Part shown: positions 33,553 through 43,363 of the stretch, piece after piece | Position numbering within the stretch: position 1 is the stretch's first letter | How the letters are laid out: every line of letters begins with the position of its first letter | NCBI GenBank assembly: GCA_002269645.1 | Contig: NIVC01002909.1 | Coordinates: forward strand, 1 to 43,363 | Source of the DNA: Macrostomum lignano | Lineage: Eukaryota | Direction of reading: 5' to 3' | Length of the DNA: 43,363 nt | Made by a program: the position numbers and the translations under genes | Notes under the pieces: model-generated | Database searches by the model: none | What the model was told of the DNA's origin: nothing | The model's input: only the letters and a program-made list of their open reading frames with translations

Positions 33553-34994
33553 TTCATACACCTACGGTTTTCGGTTGCAATTTTCACATAGCTACATTTG
33601 GCTCTTATTCGAACTACAGATTGCAGAATTGTAAAAGTTGCCAGTAGCAATTCACGTAGACTAAAATTTGATTACGGGTTTTAAAGATATATTTAAAACA
33701 AAACACTCCAGCGAGATTATCCTAAGAATCGTTTCTACATCTAAAAAATGTAGAGAAACAGGAACAATAACGTTTTATTTTTTTCCAGTGTAAGCTGTAA
33801 ACATTCTATGCTGTTAAAAGATTGTTCCTCAGGAAACAGTTTGTAAGGGAGTTTTGAATTGCAGAGTAACTTGTATTGTATCAGATTATTCTTAAAAAAT
33901 TAGTTCAGTTTCACTCTTACGATTAAGGTTTTTAGCACGATCATTTTATAGTTTGGATATCCGTTTACTTTGTTGACGCTATGGTATTTCGTGACTTTTA
34001 CAAAATTTAGAACTCATTACTAACACTGGTAAACTTCTTACTTTGCGCAAGTAATTTTTCAACTATGTGTTTCATTTTTGTCAAACAGTAGAGTAGTGAT
34101 GCATCATTTATTTTCCTTTCTGGTGGCACATGCAGCGGCTCTGAATATTAAGTGTTTTATTGTACTAAAAAGAAATAAATTATCCTGAGATCCATGACCA
34201 TCGAAATTCTTTATGATTTAGTACTATCAATAACTGAATAAGGAATAAAAATGCACTAATTGCTCATGACATTTTTGTGCTTATGACTTGTGTGGCATGC
34301 TTTTAGATATTTTATAAATTCTTCGAAACTACTTTAATTGTCTGTGAAATCATAGATTTAAATTAGTTCTCTAAATACAGAATTAATGAATATTATTGTC
34401 TGAACAATATTAAACTTGAATCTATATCTATCTTCACATTTTGTTTGTAGTATAAAGTCAATATAGCTTGTGTGAAATATCATAGAATAATATAAATCAT
34501 TTTTATTAAATAGTTTGAAAGCTTTTGCTTACAAACTCTTAAACAGTATATTTGAGTCCAAATTATTCTATCAAAAATATTTAATACTAATTTCATGTTT
34601 CTACAAGTGTAACTTCAATATTCCAGAAAGATTTGCTTTGGCTAGTGTTGTCTGGCGAGTCTAAGTTAGTGCTCGAATTAAATTGATTTTTTCATACCAA
34701 TCAGAAAATCGATGACTGCTTGCTCGATAGGAAAAGTATCACTTTGGTTTTTTGTTAATTTTACTATTATGCATTAAAATAATAAAAAAATTATATAGCA
34801 TTACAAAAAGATATTGTAAAGTCTACAGATAAGCAGAATAAAATAAGTGGCCTGGATTTTTTAAGCTTAGATTCTCTAAACTAATCTCAGATTTTTTGTC
34901 TGTTAGACGAATAGGATTATATCATCGTGTATTATTTCTAGTATTTGAACCAATTATTGATAATTGCGAATCTATCTTGAATTACAGCACAAAA

Positions 34995-37734
34995 ATGTCG
35001 GAAAAAGACGAGTCTGCCGAGGTGGACGAGCAGCCCGAGCCGGAGTCGCAGGAAACAGTCGACCAGCCGGCTGAACCCGAACCCGATGCTGGTGCGGAAG
35101 CTGAGCAGGAAGATGAGGAGGGTCAGGAGAAGCCTGCAGATGAGACTGCAGAAGAGCCTTCCAATGAAGCGGCGGAGAGAGTTGCGGATGAGGCGGGAGA
35201 TGAGGCGGTGGAGAAAGAGGCGGATGAAGCTGCCGAAAAGGCGGCGGAAGAGCCGGCCGATCAGATGGTGGAGAAGGGGGTGAAGGACTCGGCGGAGCCT
35301 GCAGAGGAGGCGGAGGCTGAAGCGACAGCATCAGATAAGCGAAAAGTTGGTAGTGCGCCTGCGAAGCAAATCGGCGGCGGTCTGGGTGATGAAGAGAACA
35401 AAGAGGAAGGCGGGGAACAGGCAACTGAGTCTCAGAACGATGTTGAAGGTGAAACGCAAGAAGAGTCGGAAGAGGTGGAGCAGAAGGAAGCTGCTGTAGA
35501 AGAGGACGGTGGCGCTGAAACTGAGCGCCAGAAAGATGAGGCAGAGGCAGCAGCGGGAATGCAGGAGGTCGAAGAGGATGGGGCGCAGGAATCCGAGGAA
35601 AAGGAGAATCAGACAGGCCAGGAGCAAGGGGAGCCCGGGCCGGAGCCACTTGCGCCAGCGCCCACTCAGGCAAACCTGCAGCAGCTGGCAACACTTCGAC
35701 TTGTGCTGCCGGCCTCCAATCAGGTGCTGACAGTTGCCATGCCGCTGCTGAGCACCATCGGTCAGGTGAAAGCCCACGTCTCAGCCGAGACACGGCGTGA
35801 TCCCACGGAGCTCCAGGTGCTATTCAATGGCAAGCCGGTCGCTGATCACTTCGCAGTGGCCGACTTCGGAGTTGATGCAAACGAAACTATCGCCTTCGAG
35901 GTCGAGTGCGGAAGTCCGGACGGTCGGCCGCTGCGACTTCCAGCCTCCGCAGAGGCGAGACGCGGCGCCGGAGCTGGCGGCGGTGACGTCATCACGGTCC
36001 GCGTGCCGGGACTAGACGGTTCAACCAAGGAGGTGAACGTGGAGATTGATAGGCAGCTAAGACGCAAGCCTTTCCTCGGTGGCTACCGGCACAAACGGTC
36101 GGGAGTCGAGTACCACCATGCGCAGACGCAGACAAACCCGAAGCCGAAGCCGCCCAGCCTGGTGCCGGTGTTCAACCGGGACACGCAGACTGTGGAGTCA
36201 AAGCACCAGACGCAGCAGACCAGCAACGCCACCAGCACGCAGATGACGAAGCCTGGTGTCTACGTGAGCACCGCCGAGGATAAGCTGGTTGTGCCAGGCC
36301 GATACGAGAATGCGGACGAGTACCAGAAGCGAATGCTGAGCAAAATTGTCACCGTGCAGACCTACTACCGACGCTGGCTAGCCAAGCAGTACGTCAGCCG
36401 GCTCAAGCAGGAGCGGGACACGCGGCTGGAGTGGGAGCGCCAGGAGGAGGTGCGCAAGCGGAAGGAGAAGGAAGACCGAACCAGGCGGGAGTTCGAGCGG
36501 CGCATGAACCCGAAGACTAAGGAAGACTTCGAACTTTTGTACAGGTACGAGAGTCTATTTGAAATTTTTAATGCAGTTTATTTACGAGTACTCTGGTTTG
36601 AATGAATCATTTAAATTTTGCGATATATTTCCCACCCACAGCACCCTAGAGCAGTGGCGCCGCGAGGAGCTAGACCGCATCAACGCCACTCTGACGGGCG
36701 CTGAACGGAAGGCGGCCTTGTGCCAGCTGCTGGACCAGGAGACGGAGCTGATTGCTGCCGTGGACCGGCACCAGCTCGACTCCAGCAAGGAGAACAAGGA
36801 GAAGGCCGTGCAGAGCCTCCTAAAGAAGGCGGCCGCGCCCAAGAAATGGCGCAACGGGGAGGGCAAACTGTTGGAGATGGACACGCCGTTCACCCTGCGA
36901 GGCCGCGAGCTACTAGGGATCTACAACAGCCTGCAGATGAAGTACCTCACGCAGGATGAGCGGTTGGACGTTTTGCTCACGCTGAAGCACACGGTGAAGG
37001 AGCACGAGTGCAAACTGACGCGGGACCTCATCGAGCTGATCGACCGCGAGGCCGACCTGCTGATCCGCGGAGTGGCGGAGGACAAGCTGTCCGGCCTGCG
37101 GAAGCGCATCAGCACGCTGTTCCTGCAGTACTGCAAGACGCCGACCTTCAACCCTGAGATCGCAGACCTGCTCGCTGTGCCCCAGGACCCGGCGCAGCTG
37201 CGCCACAATGTTCATTACTGCTCCTCCTGCGGCCGCTACCTCAAGAGTACAGAGTTTCCACTGGGCGTTAAGTCTGATAAGATTGGCAAGTGCCGCCGAT
37301 GCCTCGCCAAGGACAACGTCGCCCGCGCCCGCGAAGATCAGTCGGCCTTCAAGCGTATGCTGTGGCTGCTGCGCAAGAAGGAGGGCGGCCAGGCGCTGCT
37401 TATCGAGGAGGCCGACCTGAAACACCTGGTGAACAACATCTGGGAGGGCCAGTCCATCCTCAGCTGCTGGGACGACATCGCTGACCTGGAGCTCGTCCGC
37501 TGGGACGTCAACAAGCCGTGGAGTCCCAGCAACTGCGTGCTGCTCACCAAGGACGAAGCCGATGCGCATGAAGCAGTCGGAGACTTGTCAAAGGCCTATG
37601 GCAACATGCTGATCCACCGCGTCAAGCAGAAGCACGTTCTGGCCACCAACTACTTCCACTCTATTAGCGGCGCATCGGAGAAGATGCAGGCCCGCGAGCT
37701 CGAGCTGCGAAACGTGCGAATCACCACAAAGTGA
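34995..37734 (+). CDS. IQUB: IQ and ubiquitin-like domain-containing protein (radial spoke), 2 exons (34995-36544, 36642-37734), 880 aa
   Basis: Acidic N-terminus; ubiquitin-like segment; KPFLGGYRHKRSGVEYHHAQTQT; IQ-like IVTVQTYYRRWLAKQYV; RRMNPKTKEDFELLY/STLEQWR joined across a GT-AG intron (36545-36641); YLTQDERLDVLLTLKHTVKEH; FLQYCKTPTFNPE; WDVNKPWSPSNCVLLT; TGA at 37732. Confidence 0.95.
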
Positions 37735-37981
37735 GGCAGAGTAGTCTCACCTGCTCCATTAGACTCTCTTAAGCTTTCAATCTGAGAGAATTGCTGTTGC
37801 TTTGTTTCCTTGAGTTGCGCGCTGCTTACGCTGCCAGGCGGGCCGGTGCCCCTGCGCCCGTTCTCCCCTGACTCACTTGCTTTGTTTAATTATATATACA
37901 AATACATATTGTTACGCGCTCTCTAATTCTTGATGTACTACCTGATTTGCAAACCCGTCTCGATCTGTAATTGAAATTTTT

Positions 37982-37987
37982 AATAAA
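37982..37987 (+). terminator. Candidate polyadenylation signal for IQUB
   Basis: AATAAA ~250 nt after the stop codon in AT-rich sequence. Confidence 0.4.
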
Positions 37988-38303
37988 TTCAAAAGCTTAA
38001 TAGGGAACTCAAATTGATATTTTTTTAGCTGAAAGATTCGCTCCTTTCTTGTGATTTATGGTCTTTTTCTGCTCCCGCAAATGGTTTAAAGCAAATGGTT
38101 TAAACGGATTAAACATTCCCTTTGTACTTGCGTACTGAAAAGTTTTTATGCCCACCGGACCCAACAGGCTGCACTATACTGTGGGTATTACCTAATGCTT
38201 CGGTATAACTTGATTTGTTAAAATAAACATGTTTAATTTTTAGCCTTTTATGGTCTGAAACATGGAGTAGATTTCTATTTTTTCTTTGCATACGCTTTTT
38301 AGC

Positions 38304-38713
38304 AGCTGAGTCCAGTCTCACCCTAGCTGAGTCCAGTCTCACCCTAGCTGAGTCCATTCTGACCCTAGCTGAGTCCATTCTGACCCTAGCTGAGTCCATT
38401 CTGACCCTAGCTGAGTCCATTCTGACCCTAGCTGAGTCCATTCTGACCCTAGCTGAGTCCATTCTGACCCTAGCTGAGTCCAATTCTGACCCTAGCTGAG
38501 TCCATTCTGACCCTAGCTGAGTCCATTCTGACCCTAGCTGAGTCCAAGCTGAGTCCATTCTGACCTAGCTGAGTCCATTCTGACCCTAGCTGAGTCCATT
38601 CTGACTCTAGCTGAGTCCATTCTGACTCTAGCTGAGTCCAAGGTGACCCTAGCTGAGTCCAATTTGACCCTAGCTGAGTCCATTCTGACCCTAGCTGAGT
38701 CCATTCTGACCCT
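38304..38713. repeat. 21-bp minisatellite (AGCTGAGTCCATTCTGACCCT), ~19-20 copies
   Basis: Direct read; intergenic between IQUB and ODAD1-like. Confidence 0.95.
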
Positions 38714-38729
38714 AACAGCTGATTCTAAG

Positions 38730-38743
38730 GTTTCCTTAGTGAC
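38730..38743. promoter_or_regulatory. Possible degenerate X-box upstream of ODAD1-like
   Basis: GTTTCCTTAGTGAC, an imperfect match to GTNRCC-N-RGYAAC, ~120 bp before the ATG of an axonemal gene. Confidence 0.33.
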
Positions 38744-38862
38744 GCAAAGTTCTGATTCCCATTTTTTCGAACATTATTTCCAAATATTTTCGAGAAACCC
38801 GGCCTGACTTCGCCACTCCAAATCAAAATCGTCCCTTCTTCCAGCGCAGCCGAGCTTGAACA

Positions 38863-40816
38863 ATGCCGCGCCCCAGATCCGCCGCCGAGGACGGTGAAGA
38901 GTCAAACGACGCCCTGCTGCAGGAAGAATACGAGCGGCTGCAGAACCAGTACCGCATACTGGAAAATGACCGCCGGAAATACATTGTGGAGTCGCAGGAC
39001 ACGCTGCGCAGGCAACAGTAAGCCGCGTTTGTTAATAAGAATTATGCTTATCTTTATTGCTTTTTTAATTAATACTTTACCTTATAAAGCTCACCTAACT
39101 AAAGCGTTGGCTGCTAACGGGGCAGACACTAATACCAGAAATTGCCCCGGAAAAAAACTTCAGAGAGGAAATCGACCATCTGGAGCAGGATAACAAGGAG
39201 ATCCGGACGAATCTGAACCAGGCCCAAAGCCAGCAGAACCAGAAGGCCGACAAGCAGACGCTGAACCGACTCAGCGAGCTCACCAAGGAGAAGGACGATC
39301 TCGACGAGCAGATCGAGCTGGAGCGCAGCAATATCGCCGGCCTGGACGCCGACATCCGCAAGGCGGAGCGCGACAACAAGACCATGAAGAAGAAGAGCGG
39401 CGGCAACGCCGAGAAGACCAGCCAGGAGAGGTCCAAAACTCTGCACAAGAGGCGCCAGACACTCGAAAACCGGCTGGAGAAGGACAATAAGAGGTTTGTT
39501 TATTTATTTTTATGAGATTTTTACTTTTTCCAAGTGATTGCAGGAAGACGGGTTGAATTGGAAAAGTACATCTCTGTCTGTGATATGTTAGAATAGAAAA
39601 AATGTTTAAGTTTCCAGCTACAACTTTGTTAAATCTGAATTGTATTTCTCACTTCGCAAACCAACACGGACAGGTACAATGACACCCTCACCGAGAACTC
39701 GCGTCTTCGGGATGAGATCGAGAAGATGCGCACCGAGAAGTCTCTGTACGACGATCTCTATCGGAAGCTGAGCGAGGAGCTGGAGGAGGTGCGTCAGCGT
39801 CGCAGCTACCTAACCGAGTCGGCAACGAAGGCCTACGAGCAGCGCGACGACTGCAACAACAAAATCGTCGCCCTGCGCGAGAAGAATGAGAAAGACGAGG
39901 TGCAGTACAAGAACGAGAAGCGCGATCTGGAGCGCTTCATCGATCACGACAACAAGCTGCGCGAGTTCATGACTCGCAAGGCCAACACTCGCGAAGAGTG
40001 GAAGAAGGAGGCCGAGGAGCGCAGGCTGAAGCACGGCTCGCACGGCGAGAAGGCCAAAGAAGCGCAGCGGCGCATCTACGAGAAACACGACGAGGCGATG
40101 CAACGCATAAAGGAGATCACTGAGGAGGACGATCTTGACATCATCGTGAAGGAGTTTATCCAGAAGGAGGACGAAAACTTTGCCCTGTTCCAATACGTGT
40201 CAGAGCAGAACAACATCATCGAGATGCTGATTGAGGAGATCGAAAAGCTGAAGAAGGACATGGAGCAGTGAGTTAAACAGGCCTATATATTATAGATTAG
40301 TGCTTTCTATTATTTATTCATTTCGCCTGGTAACCGCGGATTGTTGCCAATTTTTGTCATTGATCTATGCAAATCTAGGAAACTAATGCGATAAGCCAAC
40401 GCTTAAGCTTACGTTACATTGAGAAACTTTAAAGAGAGATTTAAACACCAAATGCTGCCACATAATTTCAGCCATACAATCCGCAACTCTCCCCACCTGG
40501 CAGGTTTATCGAGGAGGACAGCGAACTGGAGAAGGAGCGCGAGAAGATTCTCGCCGAGCTGGAGCGGAAGATCGCCGCAGTGAAGGAGGCCCGCGTGGAC
40601 TCGGCCGGCAAGCAGGAGGCGGTGAAGAAGACGCTGGAGGAGCTGCAGAAGGCCATTAAGTCCATCTTCGACAAGTGCGGCTGCTCGGACGGGCACATCA
40701 GAGAGATGCTGGGCGCCGATGACGACATCTCCAGCCGCAACTGCATGCTCTACCTGGGCGAAGTTGAGCAGAAAACCAACGAACTGCTGGCCGTGCAGTA
40801 CTACCTGCAGACAAAG
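38863..40816 (+). CDS. ODAD1: Outer dynein arm-docking complex subunit (ODAD1/CCDC114-CCDC63 family); exons 38863-39017, 39164-39493, 39674-40267, 40504-40816; 464 codons, terminal exon not found
   Basis: MPRPRS...ERLQNQYRILENDRRKY; LENRLEK; LREKNEKDEVQY...ERFIDHDNKLREFM; FIQKEDENFALFQYVSEQNNIIEML; IKSIFDKCGC; NCMLYLGEVEQKTNELL; phase-consistent GT-AG introns. Confidence 0.88.
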
Positions 40817-41990
40817 GTGAGTTGTCATGGTTTCCTATGCAAAATACTGATGCTATCCTGAAGTAACAGCAGTGCTGATTGATGTTTGGAAATGAGAAAC
40901 GGTGACAGTGAAATGAGAGAACTAAAAACATCTTGCAGAAGTAAGATTTATTCAAGAAACATCAAGTTAAAACTGCTGATTCTGAAACGGCGTAGTGCAT
41001 TTCAAATCCGACTGTCTACTTCTTGCCATATTAATTATATGTAGACTGATTTTTTATGCTTGCACGTTTGCATTAGTGGAATTTTTTAATTAACATTAAA
41101 TCGTAAACTTTTTAAAATGAAATTAGGCAGTCTTGTTTGTGTTTATTGCAATTAGTTAATTAATTATTGTCCAATTCACTGATTATATGCCTAAGAGTAG
41201 CCACTGAGGATTTGAGATAAGATAAGAACTCGCAGCACTGGTAAATACGACAGCTGCTAGAAAAAGTGTCATCTCATTTTTATCTTCAGATATTTTTCAT
41301 TCGATAAGCTCTGATATGATATCAGGCTGTCAAAATAGCGATAAGATAAAGTGTACAGAGCTAGTTGCCAGTGCACTCATAGCAGCTTAATTAGCAAATA
41401 ACTTCATCCCTTTTGGCCGGCCGGCCCGCACAGCAAGGGAGGGCTGGAAAACCGTACACCCAAAACACGTCGCTCTCACCCTGCCCAGGCAAGTGAGGGT
41501 TGAGTCAGAACAGACTTGATTATTGATCGCCTCCAACCCAACGGCCGCACGACGGCGCGCGCGAGGAGAGCCAGAGTAGAGAGAATATACGAGAAGGAAG
41601 AGAAGCCGGGGGTGAGGCTTGTGAGCTCTCGCTTCATGGAGTCCCCGGGTTGCGCAGCCCTCACTCTCTCCTCTCAATGCCCTTCGCTTCCATTCCTACT
41701 TCTAGCACACAATGGTGAGACTGGCGGAGAGGGGTGGCTGGCCTCCTTTCTGCTCCTTGCATTTCATTTCAGCCAAAGCTCTTTCTGTACCCCCGTCCCC
41801 CACCAAAGCCCGTCTCCCTAGCCAGCAAGCGCGCCAGTTTAAATTCTCTCTTCCGCCTTCTTTTTCCTTATTCTGGCAAAGCCATCTGCAATCCGGCTGT
41901 GTTCTACCGGCTTGCCCCGCGTTGCGAGACTGCAGATCTTGGACACAGTTTTTAATATCAGAGACAGGGGAAGCTCTGCAGCAATCAGCA

Positions 41991-43116
41991 ATGGCTGAAA
42001 AATATTATCAGAATTCGCTATATTCGTCGAATAAGCCGAAAGACGATGGCGGCGGCGGCGGACCCACCCAGTACGAGGAGGCGGGCTCCTTTCACCAGCA
42101 GCCGGGCCGCTCCCGCAGCGTCATCTCGGCGCGAACCGGCGCCAGCATGTACAGTCAGGTGACAAAAAAGTCCAGCGAATTCTTCCGCACCGACGTTGGG
42201 AGCATGGAGCGCAAGATGCCGTTGGCCGAACGAATCTCCAAGTTCATTTGGAACCCGGTGGATCGAACATTTTTGGACCGGAGCGGCACAGCCTGGGCCA
42301 GGCTCATTATCTTCTACATCGTCTTCTACACAGTCATCGCGCTGATCTGGGCCGGCAGTTTTGCATTGTTTGACTTTGCCGTGCTCAACGAAGATCGTCC
42401 TGTGCTCACGGGAGAGCAGAATGTGCTGCGCTTGAATCCCAGTCTGAGCTACATCCCCCAGCCCGATTACTACACCAGCCTCATTCGCTATCGCAACAGT
42501 CGTTTCTCCAGCGCTCGCAAGTACATTGACGACCTCGTGGCCTTCACGCAGTGGTACGAGGAATACGGCCAGCAGAACATCCTGTCGTCCAACGAGATGT
42601 CAAGGACTGCGCCGCCGACGGCCAGAACCTCGACCCGTCAACACCGTCTGCCGATTCAACCTGGACGTAGGTCGACGCTGCAACGCCTACGTCAACTTTG
42701 GCTTCGTCGATGGCGATCCATGCATCGCGCTGAAGCTCAACCGCGTGTACGGCTGGGTGCCGGACCCCGTGGAGGAGGGCATCTCTACCAACGCGTCCAA
42801 CACTGGCGTGCTGGTGAAGTGCCAGGGCCGGACCCCGACAGACCGCGACTTCATCAAGCAGATTTGTTACCACTACACCAGCAACGGCTGGGACGGCACT
42901 GAGAGCTACTGCAAGGAGGGCTACGGAGTATTTGAGCACTATTTCTTCCCCTACCTGAAGCAAGTGCGCTACATGTCGCCCCTGGTGTTTGTAGAATTCA
43001 AAGGCATCACCAGGAATGTGGTCACGATGATCGAGTGCTGGGCCCAGGCCAAGAACATCCAGGTGGACCGCACCTACCGCATCGGCATGGTCCAGTTTGA
43101 GATCCTCATCGACTGA
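41991..43116 (+). CDS. ATP1B: Na+/K+-ATPase beta subunit (nervana/ATP1B family), intronless, ~375 aa, two apparent 1-bp deletions near 42600 and 42635
   Basis: KFIWNP...FLDRSGTAWARLIIFYIVFY TM anchor; NPSLSYIP; KDC...VCRF; FGFVDGDPCIALKLNRVYGWVP; FFPY; YMSPLVFVEF; IECWAQAKNI; GMVQFEILID-stop. Confidence 0.92.
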
Positions 43117-43363
43117 GAAGGCGCCGTCTCTGAACTCCAGCTTGTGCGGACGATTACACACAAATAATAATTTGACTGATTGAAAATATTTAATGTTATT
43201 AAAACTACCCGCCGACCAAAGCTATTAAACGACTAGCATTTTAAAGCGACATTTACAATTTTGATTTCGGCTGTGGCCGAAAGTGTCCGAATCTCTCGCC
43301 GTTATTTATTTTTTTAATGCTCTTTTTAAACCTGTTTATCGCTTATTATTTAATGTAAATTCA

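Noticed and set aside
38109-38558. MDSARVR repeat ORF
   Set aside because: Antisense translation of the 21-bp minisatellite
15095-38713. Tandem arrays as possible CRISPR loci
   Set aside because: Head-to-tail repeats without unique spacers, no cas genes, eukaryotic context
41712-41990. 93-aa upstream extension of the ATP1B ORF
   Set aside because: Pyrimidine-rich UTR or intron-like sequence; ATG 41991 has good context and marks the start of coding-like composition
1-43363. tRNA or rRNA genes
   Set aside because: None recognised; the only tRNA-related sequence is the 15-nt gypsy PBS

Overview
Eukaryotic, intron-containing DNA from an invertebrate animal with motile cilia. Compact GT-AG introns, GC3-rich exons and many minisatellites suggest a free-living flatworm such as Macrostomum, but this is an unverified inference. 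The left 28 kb holds one minus-strand gene of about 36 exons (383-27809, at least ~2650 aa, 3' end probably outside the window) encoding a divergent IP3-receptor-like Ca2+-release channel with a non-canonical pore filter. Its introns carry a 3'-truncated piggyBac, a 4855-bp P-superfamily (Galileo-like) element with ~524-bp TIRs and an 8-bp TSD that itself contains two palindromic MITEs, and several minisatellites, including a pure 13-bp G-run array. An RFX X-box lies upstream of this gene. A stack of foldback elements and a defective Mag-type Ty3/gypsy element follow; the latter has its 5' LTR, tRNA-Ser PBS and PPT but no 3' LTR. Three plus-strand genes close the window: IQUB, ODAD1/CCDC63-like (no last exon found) and an intronless Na+/K+-ATPase beta subunit with two 1-bp deletions that may be assembly errors. 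All calls come from manual translation and remembered family motifs; no database search was run.
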